Part shown: positions 20,041 to 30,448 of the stretch, piece by piece
Layout: each line of letters opens with the position of its first letter
How positions within the stretch are numbered: position 1 is the first letter of the stretch
Source: Bdellovibrionota bacterium
Lineage (GTDB): Bacteria > Bdellovibrionota_C > UBA2361 > JAFLCA01
Direction: 5' to 3'
NCBI GenBank assembly: GCA_041907145.1
Contig: JAYRHW010000283.1
Span: 1,304 to 65,303, forward strand
DNA length: 64,000 nucleotides
Notes under the pieces: model-generated
What the model saw: the letters and a program-made list of their open reading frames with translations, nothing else
Database searches by the model: none
Told to the model about the DNA's origin: nothing
Translations under genes and position numbers: made by a program

Positions 20041-21297
20041 CTATTGCCCCTTCATCATCTCGAGGAAGTCCTTGTTGGACTTTGTGCCGTCCATCTTGCT
20101 CTGGAGCCATTCCATAGCTTCGACGACATTAAGGGGATTGAGCACCTTACGGAGCAGCCACACCTTCTGAAGGACGTCATTCTTCAGTAGGAGATCCTCC
20201 TTGCGAGTACCCGACTTATTGATATCGATTGCTGGGAATACGCGGCGCTCCACGAGCTTGCGATCCAAGACGAGCTCCATGTTGCCCGTGCCCTTGAACT
20301 CTTCGAAAATGACCTCGTCCATACGAGACCCAGTATCAATCAGGGCCGTGCCAATGATAGTCAAACTTCCGCCCTCCTCGATATTTCGAGCGGCGCCGAA
20401 AAATCGCTTAGGCTTATGCAGGGCATTTGAGTCCACACCACCCGACAAGATCTTGCCGCTCGGGGGCACAACTGTGTTGTAGGCGCGAGCTAAGCGGGTA
20501 ATCGAATCAAGCAGAATGACTACATCCTTCTTGTGCTCAACAAGGCGCTTGGCCTTCTCGATAACCATTTCAGCGACCTGAACGTGACGCTGGGCAGGCT
20601 CATCGAACGTCGAACTCACGACTTCGCCATTTACCGATCGCTGCATGTCGGTGACTTCTTCAGGACGTTCGTCTATCAGCAAGACGATCAGAACCACTTC
20701 GGGGTGATTCTCGGTGATCGCGTTGGCGATATTCTGGAGCAAAACGGTCTTACCAGTGCGAGGCGGTGCGACGATCAATCCGCGCTGCCCCTTACCGATC
20801 GGCGCGAATAGGTCGATCACGCGCGTAGACATTCCACCCTTCTTGCTCTCGAGTTTAATCTTCTCCTGCGGATAGATGGGAGTTAGGTTATCGAAATGCA
20901 CTTTCGTCTTCAGTGCGTCCAAAGTGTCATGATTGACTGAATTGACTTTCAGTAGAGCGAAGTACCGCTCTCCTTCCTTCTCCCGCGGTGGTCGAATTTG
21001 CCCCTCCACGGTATCGCCGGTCTTGAGACCAAAGCGCCTGATCTGGGCGGGCGAAACATAAATATCGTCCGAACCGGGGAGGTAATTATAATCGGGAGCG
21101 CGCAGGAAGCCGAACCCGTCGGGCAGGCACTCCAGGACGCCTTCGCCGTATATGTTCCCATTAGATTCTGACTGCGCGGTCAGTATGCTGAAGATAAGAT
21201 CCTGACGGCGCATGGTGTTAGCGCCCTCGATCTCGAATTGGGTAGCCAATTTCATTAACTCATCTGGCTTCAGTCGCTTAAGTTCATTCAGGTTCAT
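20041..21297 (-). CDS. rho: transcription termination factor Rho
   Basis: 418 aa with the N-terminal OB/RNA-binding region, Walker A (PPRTGKT) and the Q and R loops. Highly conserved. Confidence 0.95.
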   Translation of the reverse strand: MNLNELKRLKPDELMKLATQFEIEGANTMRRQDLIFSILTAQSESNGNIYGEGVLECLPDGFGFLRAPDYNYLPGSDDIYVSPAQIRRFGLKTGDTVEGQIRPPREKEGERYFALLKVNSVNHDTLDALKTKVHFDNLTPIYPQEKIKLESKKGGMSTRVIDLFAPIGKGQRGLIVAPPRTGKTVLLQNIANAITENHPEVVLIVLLIDERPEEVTDMQRSVNGEVVSSTFDEPAQRHVQVAEMVIEKAKRLVEHKKDVVILLDSITRLARAYNTVVPPSGKILSGGVDSNALHKPKRFFGAARNIEEGGSLTIIGTALIDTGSRMDEVIFEEFKGTGNMELVLDRKLVERRVFPAIDINKSGTRKEDLLLKNDVLQKVWLLRKVLNPLNVVEAMEWLQSKMDGTKSNKDFLEMMKGQ

Positions 21298-21626
21298 GGT
21301 GTATGTCCGTTGGGCACTAAGTACTACAAGGTTAAAGGCAACATATTCTCACAGCCGCTTGCTGCCATCTCCCTGGCAAAGGGTTCAAACAAAGATATTC
21401 GTTTGGATAGAATCGGTCTCGTGGCAAGTACTGAGAAAAGTAGGTTGAAAAAATTACGAACAGAAAAATTAGTCGGTTAGAGATTATCTTTCAGATTGGC
21501 GAATAAGGTTTTAAGGGAGCTCTCCCCTGCAATCTATAATAGGGACAGGCAATGGAGAGGATTCTAAGGAAATAAGGACGATAACGTCCAACCCTTCTTA
21601 ATTGTAGCCACAACCCCATAAATCAG

Positions 21627-22304
21627 TCAACGGGGCATCTCCAATCGCTCTTGGATGGTCCTGGCCGCCACGGCCCTCACGTAGAGGGGCTCTAACCCTA
21701 TGAGTTTCTTTGGATCTGGTCCAAAAATCCGCCCCCCCAAAGCATGAAAGGCAAATACCGAGTGCTCTCCGCCTGGTTCGACTCTAACCGACTTAAACGG
21801 AAGTATGCCCAGAGTGTTGTCGCAGACAAATACGCTCGTATCCTCGACGCCCCTGGCTAGATCTTCGAGTTTCACAATTGACACTTGCCCTATGGCCTTT
21901 AGAGCGCCGCACGATGCGATTTCATACGTCTCTACAAAAGCCTCTCCGCGTCGCGCGTCACGCAAAGCTGTGACAGTTCCGGTACCCGCCTCAGCCGCCT
22001 GCACCAAAACTGCAAGAGAAGATACGGGGTAGACAGGAATATCAAGCGCTATAGCCAGCCCCTTCGCAAAAGCAAATCCGATTCTTAAGCCTGTAAATGA
22101 GCCAGGACCCTCGCTGATCACGATGGCAGATAGTTCGGTCGCCCGTAAACGGTTCCTCGCTAGCAGCTCGCCGAGCAGTTGAGCCAGTGACTCGGTATGA
22201 CTAGCCGCTTCCTCTGCGGATGCACGATCAAGCCGCTTTCCGCCTTGCACCAACGCGACGCTGGTGGCGCTTCCACTGGTCTCGATACCTAGGACAGTGT
22301 GCAT
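21627..22304 (-). CDS. tsaB: tRNA threonylcarbamoyladenosine biosynthesis protein TsaB (YeaZ)
   Basis: 225 aa. N-terminal MHTVLGIETSGSATSVALV is typical of the Kae1/YgjD-family inactive paralog. Confidence 0.8.
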   Translation of the reverse strand: MHTVLGIETSGSATSVALVQGGKRLDRASAEEAASHTESLAQLLGELLARNRLRATELSAIVISEGPGSFTGLRIGFAFAKGLAIALDIPVYPVSSLAVLVQAAEAGTGTVTALRDARRGEAFVETYEIASCGALKAIGQVSIVKLEDLARGVEDTSVFVCDNTLGILPFKSVRVEPGGEHSVFAFHALGGRIFGPDPKKLIGLEPLYVRAVAARTIQERLEMPR

Positions 22305-23437
22305 CAGAGCTTCAAGAGATCATTACCGAATGCGAAAATCATAAGCAGAAAAAGAATAAGCATGCCCACTTGATTGGCCACTTCCTGTATTCGCAGACTC
22401 ACGGGCTTGCCTCCCCTTAGGGCCTGTAGCGTAAAAAACATGAGATGTCCCCCATCCAAGATTGGGATGGGCAGAAGGTTCAGGATCGCTAAGCTCACGC
22501 TCAGAAAGGTCATGAAGTCTAGTACGTGCTCAAGGCCTTTTTTGGCACTCTTTGCTGCTTCCTTGAAGATAAAAATCGGCCCAGAAATATGCTTGGGCGA
22601 TATGGCTCCCTGAATCATTCCCCAAAGCCCGCGCACGGTAACGACGCAAAGGTACGATACCTGTCCCACCCCGGCCTTTACAGCACCGTAAAAGTCCACC
22701 GGTTCGCGAATCGTGTCGGGCACGATGCCTATCTTCACTGAGCGTTTGCCGCTTGTTCCCTCCAGCACGGAGATCTCAGCAGTATCGTCCGTTCCCGCCA
22801 TAGTGAAAGACTTTGTTTCCACCCCGGCCTCGGCTACTCTCTCCACGCTGAACGTGACAGCTTTCCCGTCCGACTTTCGAATCAGATCGGCCATATCTAC
22901 CCAGGACTCCACCGCCTGACCATCGACGGACTTCACTAAGTCCTTGGCCCTTAACCCCGCCTTTTCAGCCGGGTAGCCGGGAATCACATCTCCGATAACG
23001 GCGCGGTCAACGGCCACCATGCGGCCAAAATTGTAGAAGGAAAAAATCGAGAACAGCACCGCGAACAACAGGTTAAAACCCGGGCCGGCCAAAACGATCG
23101 AGGACTTGGCGAGATATCCCTTACTGAGGAACCAGCGCGAACGATCATTAAGTAAAGCCCGGTCTTCCGGGGAAAGCTCCTCATCAGGAGTCGCGCTAAC
23201 GGGCTCCATGTCTCGCGGATCGTCGCCCACCATTCGGACATACCCCCCAAGCGGAATGAGCCCGATAGCGTATGTGGTTTCCCCAATCTTGCGCCGCCAA
23301 ATCTTGCGGCCGAATCCAATGGAGAACTCAAGCACGCCGACTCCATTGAGTTTAGCAAGTAGAAAGTGCCCGAGCTCATGGACGAAAATAAGAATTCCGA
23401 GAACAAGAATCGAAACGAGAAAATACTCTATATTCAT
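22304..23437 (-). CDS. rseP: RIP zinc metalloprotease RseP (site-2 protease)
   Basis: HELGHFLLAK HExxH motif sits in the first TM helix, followed by a PDZ domain and the LDGG motif. The ORF-track start at 23473 is probably too far upstream. MNIEYF at 23437 is the likelier start. Confidence 0.85.
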   Translation of the reverse strand: MNIEYFLVSILVLGILIFVHELGHFLLAKLNGVGVLEFSIGFGRKIWRRKIGETTYAIGLIPLGGYVRMVGDDPRDMEPVSATPDEELSPEDRALLNDRSRWFLSKGYLAKSSIVLAGPGFNLLFAVLFSIFSFYNFGRMVAVDRAVIGDVIPGYPAEKAGLRAKDLVKSVDGQAVESWVDMADLIRKSDGKAVTFSVERVAEAGVETKSFTMAGTDDTAEISVLEGTSGKRSVKIGIVPDTIREPVDFYGAVKAGVGQVSYLCVVTVRGLWGMIQGAISPKHISGPIFIFKEAAKSAKKGLEHVLDFMTFLSVSLAILNLLPIPILDGGHLMFFTLQALRGGKPVSLRIQEVANQVGMLILFLLMIFAFGNDLLKL

Positions 23438-23523
23438 GCAGGAAAATTCCTTAGGCGGGTACTGGGAGAGCACAAATACACCACAACTGCCTCCCTACAC
23501 TCAGCGAAATGCACGAGCACAGC

Positions 23524-24732
23524 TTATAGTATACCCAGACCGAGATCTCTTGAAAACAGCTCCCAGAGCTCCTCAAGCGCAGTATAGAGCTCGGCAAAAC
23601 TCGTAGCCGGTGCGCGGCTATTATCACTCAGGGCCTGCTCTACGAAAGGTTCGATGCCATCAAAGGCTATTCTTCGCTTCAAGAAGGCCTGAACAGCCGC
23701 CTCGTTCGCCAAGTTCAGCACGGCACCGGCTAGTCCGCCCGCTGCCAGGGCCTCTCTTGCCAGACGCAGGGCCGGAAATCGGCCTTGGTCCAGCTTTCTG
23801 AAACTTAATTGCCCGACCTCCTCGAGGTTCAGCCGAGGCATAACTTCTCCCAGGCGGCCATGGGGATACTGCATCGCGTAGGCGATTGGCCCCCTCATAT
23901 CGGGCACCGAGAGTTGCGCCAACATTCCGCCATCACAAAGGCGAACGAGAGAGTGCACAATGCTCTGCGGATGAACAAGTACCTCGATTCGAGACTCTTC
24001 GACGCCAAAGAGCCAATGAGCCTCTATGAGCTCAAGAGCCTTGTTCATCATCGTCGCAGAGTCGACAGAAATTTTGGCTCCCATACTCCAACGCGGATGG
24101 CGTACCGCCTCCTCTGGAGTGACTCCTGAAAGCTCCCTTCGATTGCGATCCAGAAAAGGGCCTCCTGAGGCGGTCAACACCAGACTATCCAAATCTGTCG
24201 CTTGTACCCCTTGAAGCGCCTGAAAAATGGCCGAGTGCTCGCTGTCCACCGGCAAAATTTTTGCTCCACTGCGGCTTTGGGCCCCCTGGACCAATTCTCC
24301 CGCCGCCACCAAGCTTTCCTTGTTGGCAAGTGCGATAGTCTTTCCAGCATGTACAGCGGTCTCAACGGAGCGAAGCCCGGCAACTCCCACGACTGCCGCC
24401 ACTACCACATCAACCTCCGGCAGACCGGCGAGTTCAGCGGTTTCCGCTTCACCCACCACCAATTCGAAGGCCTGCTTCTCCCTTCCCTGCAGCGAAGCAG
24501 CGGCCCTATGATCTGATAATCCCACGTATTTCGGACGGTGAAGGCTCGCGATTCTTTCCAACTCGCCCGCGTTCGAATTTGCCGTAATACCCACGAGCTC
24601 GAACTTACCTGGGTGATTGCCAATCACCTCGAGTGTCGAGCGCCCAATCGACCCCGTTGCTCCACAAAGAAGCACTCGCCGTGGTCCCCCATCAGGCGGT
24701 GTGTCACATTTCCCGGGCACAGGAACCAGCAT
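23524..24732 (-). CDS. dxr: 1-deoxy-D-xylulose-5-phosphate reductoisomerase
   Basis: 402 aa with the NADPH-binding motif LLCGATGSIG and a conserved DXR core. Confidence 0.9.
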   Translation of the reverse strand: MLVPVPGKCDTPPDGGPRRVLLCGATGSIGRSTLEVIGNHPGKFELVGITANSNAGELERIASLHRPKYVGLSDHRAAASLQGREKQAFELVVGEAETAELAGLPEVDVVVAAVVGVAGLRSVETAVHAGKTIALANKESLVAAGELVQGAQSRSGAKILPVDSEHSAIFQALQGVQATDLDSLVLTASGGPFLDRNRRELSGVTPEEAVRHPRWSMGAKISVDSATMMNKALELIEAHWLFGVEESRIEVLVHPQSIVHSLVRLCDGGMLAQLSVPDMRGPIAYAMQYPHGRLGEVMPRLNLEEVGQLSFRKLDQGRFPALRLAREALAAGGLAGAVLNLANEAAVQAFLKRRIAFDGIEPFVEQALSDNSRAPATSFAELYTALEELWELFSRDLGLGIL

Positions 24733-25610
24733 TAGAATCCCCCGGCCAGCATCACAATGGCCAGAAACACGGGCGCAGAGAGTAATTCTCCATCTATACG
24801 GTCAAGCACTCCGCCATGTCCCGGCAATATGGTCCCACTATCCTTGATCCCCGCATCTCGCTTCAGGAACGACTTAAGTAGATCTCCCGTTTGGGCCGCC
24901 AGGACTACGAGCGCAGAAAAAGCAGCCAACGATGCCAAGCTGACCTCGATACCAAGCAAGGCTTGGAGCAGCAATCCAGTCAAGACCCCAGCACCGAGTC
25001 CTCCCGCGCTGCCAGACAGAGTCTTGTTCGGGGATAACGCTGGTGCGAGCTTCGGGCCTTGGAACTTTCGCCCCGTAAAGAAGGCAGCGATATCATTCAC
25101 AGCCACCACCGAAACTAACCATGCGACTGGCCCAACGGCGCCGGGCAGCATGGCGAGAGCGAGTAGACTTGCTCCGCCCAGTCCAATGAGGACGAATCCA
25201 GCAAAAAGGGCGCCCGAAATGCTGTGAGCAAACTCCGAGGACTCTCGGGCTGCATAAGTGAAAAGTAGAGAGGCCAGGAACGTACCCGATGCCCAGGAGA
25301 GGAAGAGGGCTGATTTAATAAGACTAACATCGATGAAGGAACCAAAAAGCCCAGTCTGACGAAAGCAAAGGCACAAGAAAACGGCACTCGGAGCCAAGGA
25401 GACACCGAGGAAGGCTATCCGTCCAGCGCTCCCCTTGTTTTGCCCCATCTGGGCGAACTCCCACGCACAAAGCGCTACAGCTGTGAGCGCAAAGCCCAGC
25501 AACAACCAGCGGCCTATTGCAGTAAAATGAGCAAGTACTAGGACAGCGACAAAGCTCCCCACAACGATCAACGCTGTCCTAATTCGAGTGCGGAGCGATG
25601 CGTCAACCAT
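24732..25610 (-). CDS. cdsA: phosphatidate cytidylyltransferase
   Basis: Polytopic membrane protein with a C-terminal CTP-transferase signature-like region. Conserved position between uppS and dxr. Confidence 0.75.
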   Translation of the reverse strand: MVDASLRTRIRTALIVVGSFVAVLVLAHFTAIGRWLLLGFALTAVALCAWEFAQMGQNKGSAGRIAFLGVSLAPSAVFLCLCFRQTGLFGSFIDVSLIKSALFLSWASGTFLASLLFTYAARESSEFAHSISGALFAGFVLIGLGGASLLALAMLPGAVGPVAWLVSVVAVNDIAAFFTGRKFQGPKLAPALSPNKTLSGSAGGLGAGVLTGLLLQALLGIEVSLASLAAFSALVVLAAQTGDLLKSFLKRDAGIKDSGTILPGHGGVLDRIDGELLSAPVFLAIVMLAGGF

Positions 25611-25624
25611 AGAGGATCCTCTTG

Positions 25625-26392
25625 TTAGGGGCGGCCGGGAGAAATCGGCGTCTCCTGCAACTGATCGTCAGTGAGCCCAAACCTCCGAGTGCGTCCAGCA
25701 AATTCCTGAAGACAGCGAAGGTACTCCTCCCGATTAAATTCCGGCCACAACACGGGCGTTACAACGATTTCCGAATAAGCCAGCTGCCACAGAAGAAAAT
25801 TCGAGATGCGATTCTCATCGCTGGTTCGAATCAGCAAATCTGGGTCGGGAACGTCGGGAGCATACAACTGCGAGGTGATCGTCTGCTCGCTTATATCCTG
25901 CGAGCGAAGCTCTCCCCGTTGCACGGCTTCTGAAATCTTCCGCGCCGCAGCGACTAGCTCCTCCCTTCCGCCATACGACACCGCCAGTATGAGGTCCATT
26001 GCCTTAGCGTCCTTCGTTCGCTCGAAATTGCGCTGCAGCGACTCTTGCACTTCCCATGGCAGACGGCTCAGGTCTCCGATTGCACGCAAGCGAATATCAT
26101 TTTTGAGCATCAACTCCAGCTCGCTGTCGAGGTACTGCGCAAAGAGACGCATGAGCGACGAAACCTCGTCGCGTGGACGCTGCCAGTTCTCAGTGGAAAA
26201 AGCGAACAAGGTAAGATAGCGGATACCGAGCCTGCGCGACTCCTCGACAATCATGCGGACTGTCTTTGCGCCTGCCCGATGCCCCTCGATGCGGGGCAAG
26301 AAGCGCTTCTTCGCCCAGCGGCCATTGCCGTCCATGATGACCGCAACATGTCGCGGAAGCACGGCGGGAGCCTGCAGCACTGCTCTGCTCAT
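25625..26392 (-). CDS. uppS: ditrans,polycis-undecaprenyl-diphosphate synthase
   Basis: HVAVIMDGNGRWA and the C-terminal ...RRFG motif, the cis-IPPS signature. Confidence 0.9.
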   Translation of the reverse strand: MSRAVLQAPAVLPRHVAVIMDGNGRWAKKRFLPRIEGHRAGAKTVRMIVEESRRLGIRYLTLFAFSTENWQRPRDEVSSLMRLFAQYLDSELELMLKNDIRLRAIGDLSRLPWEVQESLQRNFERTKDAKAMDLILAVSYGGREELVAAARKISEAVQRGELRSQDISEQTITSQLYAPDVPDPDLLIRTSDENRISNFLLWQLAYSEIVVTPVLWPEFNREEYLRCLQEFAGRTRRFGLTDDQLQETPISPGRP

Positions 26393-26426
26393 GAGCGTAA
26401 GACCTCCGCTGCCACAGCCTCGAAAC

Positions 26427-26990
26427 TCAAACTTCCATCACTTCTTTTTCTTTTGCGGCCGCAGCCTTATCTATCTCCGCGATATAGCGGTCGGTAATTT
26501 TTTGGATCTCTTCTTGCCCTCGGCGCAGGTCGTCAGCGGCGATTACCTTGTCCTTCTCCTGCTTCTTCAATAGATCAATGCCCTCCCGGCGATGATTGCG
26601 AATCGAGATCTTTTCATCCTCGCTCATCTTGTGCAATTTCTTGACCAGCTCCTTACGCCGATCCTCAGTCAGCGAGGGGATCGCTATGCGAATCATCGAC
26701 CCATCGCGTGATGGATTCAGCCCGAGATCAGCTTGGCGAATGGCCTTCTCGATGCTATCGACAGCACCGCCGTCATATACCTGTATGGTCAGCAGCCGGG
26801 GCTCCGGGGCATTAAGGAGCCCGAGGCTCTGCAGTGGAGTTTGGGTGCCGTAGTAATCTACCGTAAGACCATCGAGCAAACTCGTGCTTGCTCTGCCCGT
26901 ACGTAGGCGCTGCACCTCCTTCTTGAAGTGTTCAACGGTCTTCTTACATTGCTCCTCAACGTTGCCGAACTTGCCTGCCATACGATTCAC
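26427..26990 (-). CDS. frr: ribosome recycling factor
   Basis: 187 aa with conserved RRF core (LRTGRASTSLLDGLTVDYYG). Confidence 0.9.
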   Translation of the reverse strand: MNRMAGKFGNVEEQCKKTVEHFKKEVQRLRTGRASTSLLDGLTVDYYGTQTPLQSLGLLNAPEPRLLTIQVYDGGAVDSIEKAIRQADLGLNPSRDGSMIRIAIPSLTEDRRKELVKKLHKMSEDEKISIRNHRREGIDLLKKQEKDKVIAADDLRRGQEEIQKITDRYIAEIDKAAAAKEKEVMEV

Positions 26991-27010
26991 CTACGATGTA
27001 AATGAAAATC

Positions 27011-27748
27011 TTAGCGCTTGCCGTTAATCTCGCTATGAACCAAGGTGCCTATCTTGTGTCCGGTTACCACGCGCTTCAAGTTACCCTCGACGCCGATATT
27101 GAAAACGATAATCGGCAGCTTGTTGTCCATGCACAAGGATATTGCCGCCGCATCCATCACCTTGAGCTCTTTGCTCAGGACCTGCAGAAACGTCAGCTCT
27201 TCGAAGGGAACGGCGTCGCAATTCTTGGCTGGGTCGGAGTCATAGACGGCATCCACTTTAGTTCCCTTGAGGAGGACGTCCGCTCCTATTTCCATCGCGC
27301 GCAAGCTTGCCGCAGTGTCCGTGGTAAAGTAGGGATTTCCCGTTCCGCAGGAAAAGATTACAACTCGATTTTTTTCGAGGTGGCGAGTAGCTCTACGTCG
27401 GATATACGGCTCCGAAATCTGCCGCATTTCAATTGCCGACATTACGCGGGTATCGATGCCGCGCTGCTCTAGAACGTCCTGGAGGGCCAGCGCATTGATT
27501 GCGGTTCCAAGCATTCCCATGTAGTCGCCCGAGGATCGATCCAAGCCCTGAGCGCCAGCCTGGATACCACGGAATATATTACCGCCCCCAATGACAATGC
27601 CGAGCTCGACTCCGAGCTCGTATACCTCGAATATCTCTTTAACGAGGCGCCCAATGACTTCCGAATCAATCCCGAAGCCTCTGTCCCCAGCTAAAATTTC
27701 TCCGCTTAGCTTGAGAAGAATTCTCCGGAATTTCAATGGCTGTGTCAT
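27011..27748 (-). CDS. pyrH: UMP kinase
   Basis: 245 aa, amino-acid kinase fold (ILLKLSGE ... [13 protein letters not shown]). Confidence 0.9.
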   Translation of the reverse strand: MTQPLKFRRILLKLSGEILAGDRGFGIDSEVIGRLVKEIFEVYELGVELGIVIGGGNIFRGIQAGAQGLDRSSGDYMGMLGTAINALALQDVLEQRGIDTRVMSAIEMRQISEPYIRRRATRHLEKNRVVIFSCGTGNPYFTTDTAASLRAMEIGADVLLKGTKVDAVYDSDPAKNCDAVPFEELTFLQVLSKELKVMDAAAISLCMDNKLPIIVFNIGVEGNLKRVVTGHKIGTLVHSEINGKR

Positions 27749-27781
27749 GGGCGCCCTGTCCTTACAAGAGGATAAGCAAAA

Positions 27782-28438
27782 TTAGGCTCCGGAGGTCATG
27801 GACATAACTTCGTCCACGAAGTTAGCCTGAGACTTGGCAATGCCTTCGCCGACCTCGAAGCGCTGTATGCGTCGCACGACGACCTTCTCACCGACCTTCA
27901 TGCTAAGCTCATCCACGACATCCTTGATGGACCTCTTTCCGCTATCGTCCTTCACGAAGATTTGACGCACCAGCACGTTATCTTCGAAAAATTTTTCGAG
28001 CTTGCCCGGCAAAATCTTATCGGCTTTTGCTTTCTGGGCATCGTTTAGCTGCTCCAGGAGAATTTCCTTTTCCTTCTCCAAAATAGCAGCAGGAACGTCC
28101 TCGACATTGACATACTGCGGTCGCATCGCCGCCACATGCATAGCAATATCGCGAGCTACAGACTTGAATTCCTCACCGCGAGCGACGAAGTCGGTCTCGC
28201 AGTTAAGCTCGACAACCGAAACTACCTGGTCTCCGGCATGCACATACACGCCGAGAGTGCCCTCAGCGGCTGTCTTGCCTGCGCGCTTCCCGATGTCCTT
28301 GAGCCCCTTCTTCCGCAAAATTTCCACAGCGGCTTCCATCGAGCCCTTGGCTTCGGTAAGTGCAGCCTTGCAGTCCATCATCCCTGCACCGGTCTGCTCA
28401 CGAAGCTGCTTCACTAAATCAGCTGATACTGCATTCAT
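27782..28438 (-). CDS. tsf: translation elongation factor Ts (short form)
   Basis: 218 aa. The N-terminal UBA-like motif LVKQLREQTGAGMMDCKKAL is the EF-Ts signature. Confidence 0.85.
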   Translation of the reverse strand: MNAVSADLVKQLREQTGAGMMDCKAALTEAKGSMEAAVEILRKKGLKDIGKRAGKTAAEGTLGVYVHAGDQVVSVVELNCETDFVARGEEFKSVARDIAMHVAAMRPQYVNVEDVPAAILEKEKEILLEQLNDAQKAKADKILPGKLEKFFEDNVLVRQIFVKDDSGKRSIKDVVDELSMKVGEKVVVRRIQRFEVGEGIAKSQANFVDEVMSMTSGA

Positions 28439-28467
28439 ACTCCCTCCTTAGGTTCCGTTGCTCGACT

Positions 28468-29310
28468 TTAAGCAGAAGCTGCCGCCGCGGCTTCCTCTGC
28501 TGCCGGCGCGGCCTGAATCGAGGCTGACTGTTCATCGCGATTCTTCTCTTCCTTAGGCCGGCGCGCTTCATATTCAGCCCGACCCTGAGCAACCGCATCC
28601 GCCATCGCTGCAGTGAAGAGCTTGATGGTGCGAGCAGCATCGTCATTAGAAGGAATAGGAAACTCGATCTGGTTTGGATCGGCGTTGGTATCGACCAGCG
28701 CTACAACCGGAATATGCAGGCGGCGAGCCTCCGCTACAGCGATCTCTTCTTTGATGACGTCGATAACGAATACCAAATCAGGCAACTTCTTCATTCCGCG
28801 AATACCGCCCAGATTTGCTTCGAGCTTGACGAGCTCCTTACTGATCATCGTCTTCTCTTTCTTGGCCAAGCGAATCTTCGACTCAGGATTCTCAGCTTGA
28901 GCGAGCAAATCTTCCATTCTACGCATACGGTCGATGGATGATTTGAGGGTTTGAAAATTACTCAGAGTGCCGCCCAGCCACCGCGTCGTAACATGCAGAG
29001 CGCCGCAGCGATGAGCTTCGTGACGCACGCACTCGCGAGCTTGCTGCTTGGTTCCAACGAACAGTACTGTTCCACCACGGCTCGTGGTGTCCACCACATA
29101 TTTGCGCGCACGCTCCCAGAGCTTCAGTGTGTTGTCCAAGTTGATAATATGAACGTCATTACGGGAGCCAAAGATGAAGGGCAACATCTTAGGATTCCAA
29201 CGGTGCGTCTGATGTCCGAAATGAGCTCCGGCATCGAGCATAGTCTTGATGGTAACTTGAACTGGATATGCGGGGGCTTCGTACGACCCCGAATTGGTCG
29301 GATTAGTCAT
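28468..29310 (-). CDS. rpsB: 30S ribosomal protein S2
   Basis: 280 aa with conserved S2 core (AGAHFGHQTHRWNPKM ... FVIDV ... NADPN) and a short acidic, Ala-rich C-terminal tail. Confidence 0.95.
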   Translation of the reverse strand: MTNPTNSGSYEAPAYPVQVTIKTMLDAGAHFGHQTHRWNPKMLPFIFGSRNDVHIINLDNTLKLWERARKYVVDTTSRGGTVLFVGTKQQARECVRHEAHRCGALHVTTRWLGGTLSNFQTLKSSIDRMRRMEDLLAQAENPESKIRLAKKEKTMISKELVKLEANLGGIRGMKKLPDLVFVIDVIKEEIAVAEARRLHIPVVALVDTNADPNQIEFPIPSNDDAARTIKLFTAAMADAVAQGRAEYEARRPKEEKNRDEQSASIQAAPAAEEAAAAASA

Positions 29311-29460
29311 TATATGTACTCCGTCTTAGTTGAGCCTCCCCAGGTTCAAGGACAAATAGCGAGAACGAGCTCGATATTCACCAAGACGTGAGTGCTCAAC
29401 GAGCAACTCACCAGAACCCAGGTGTGAATTTTTAGCTCCGGGAAAGTAGCACCTAACGCG

Positions 29461-29479
29461 AAAAAGAGCAATTGCTCTG
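29461..29479 (-). terminator. weak terminator-like hairpin between purQ and rpsB
   Basis: Hairpin agagc-aatt-gctct (29466-29479). On the minus strand it is followed by UUUUU (fwd aaaaa 29461-29465). It lies 14 nt after the purQ stop. The stem is only 5 bp. Confidence 0.3.
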
Positions 29480-29492
29480 GAAATAAAGCAGG

Positions 29493-30191
29493 TTATGCCC
29501 CGATAGAGGACTCAAAAATCCTGCGTCCTGCCTCCCCGCCTACATACCCGACTATCTTTTCGGCGGCCCTCTCTGGGTGCGGCATGAGACCCACTACATT
29601 ACGCCCCTTGCTGCAGATGCCTGCTATTGAATGCATAGCCCCGTTCGGGTTGCACGACCTGTCATTATGATCCACCCTGCCGCTAAAATCGCAGTATCTA
29701 AATACAACCTGCTCATTATCCTCGAGGCTCTTGACCGTATCGCTGTCGGCGAAGAAGTTCCCTTCGAAATGCGCGATCGGACAGCATACGACCGTCCCGG
29801 GTTGAATGCCCTTGGTAAATGGCGTGGAACTCTGCTCCACCTTGACGCTCACGAACTGAGAGAGAAATTTCATCGGTAAGTTCTGCAGAAGCACCCCGGG
29901 AAGGAGCTGAGCTTCACACAGAATTTGGAATCCATTGCAGATCCCTAACACCGGGCCTCCGCGGTCGGCAAATGCCCGCACTTCACCCATGATAGGGGAA
30001 AGCTTTGCCAGGGCGCCGGTTCGTAAATAATCACCGTGCGAAAACCCTCCCGGGATAACGACGATATCGGGGCTGCCAAGGTCGGTCTCGCGATGCCAAA
30101 CCGATCGCACCCTCTGACCGAGCAGTCCGTACAGATGCAAAACATCATGATCGCAGTTCGAACCGGGAAATACGACGACCGATACCTTCAC
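29493..30191 (-). CDS. purQ: phosphoribosylformylglycinamidine synthase subunit PurQ
   Basis: 232 aa GATase-1 (MKVSVVVFPGSNCD ... GICNGFQ). Confidence 0.85.
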   Translation of the reverse strand: MKVSVVVFPGSNCDHDVLHLYGLLGQRVRSVWHRETDLGSPDIVVIPGGFSHGDYLRTGALAKLSPIMGEVRAFADRGGPVLGICNGFQILCEAQLLPGVLLQNLPMKFLSQFVSVKVEQSSTPFTKGIQPGTVVCCPIAHFEGNFFADSDTVKSLEDNEQVVFRYCDFSGRVDHNDRSCNPNGAMHSIAGICSKGRNVVGLMPHPERAAEKIVGYVGGEAGRRIFESSIGA

Positions 30192-30198
30192 GTCCGAC

Positions 30199-30438
30199 CT
30201 ATAGGAATTTTATTTCGTAATTTTCAATAATCGGATTCGCGAGCAGCTTCTGGCAGATAGTCTCGATTTCCTTGCGCCCGGCTTCCTCGCTCTCCGCCTT
30301 GACGGAAAGTTCCACCAACTTACCGACCCGAATATCGGCAATCCCCGAGAATCCGTTGTCTGATAGGCCGCGTTCGATAGCCTTGCCCTGAACATCGAGC
30401 ACCCCATTCTTCAGACGTACAAGCACTTGCGCGCGCAT
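30199..30438 (-). CDS. purS: phosphoribosylformylglycinamidine synthase subunit PurS
   Basis: 79 aa of PurS size and pattern, immediately upstream of purQ. Confidence 0.8.
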   Translation of the reverse strand: MRAQVLVRLKNGVLDVQGKAIERGLSDNGFSGIADIRVGKLVELSVKAESEEAGRKEIETICQKLLANPIIENYEIKFL

Positions 30439-30448
30439 AACTACCTCA

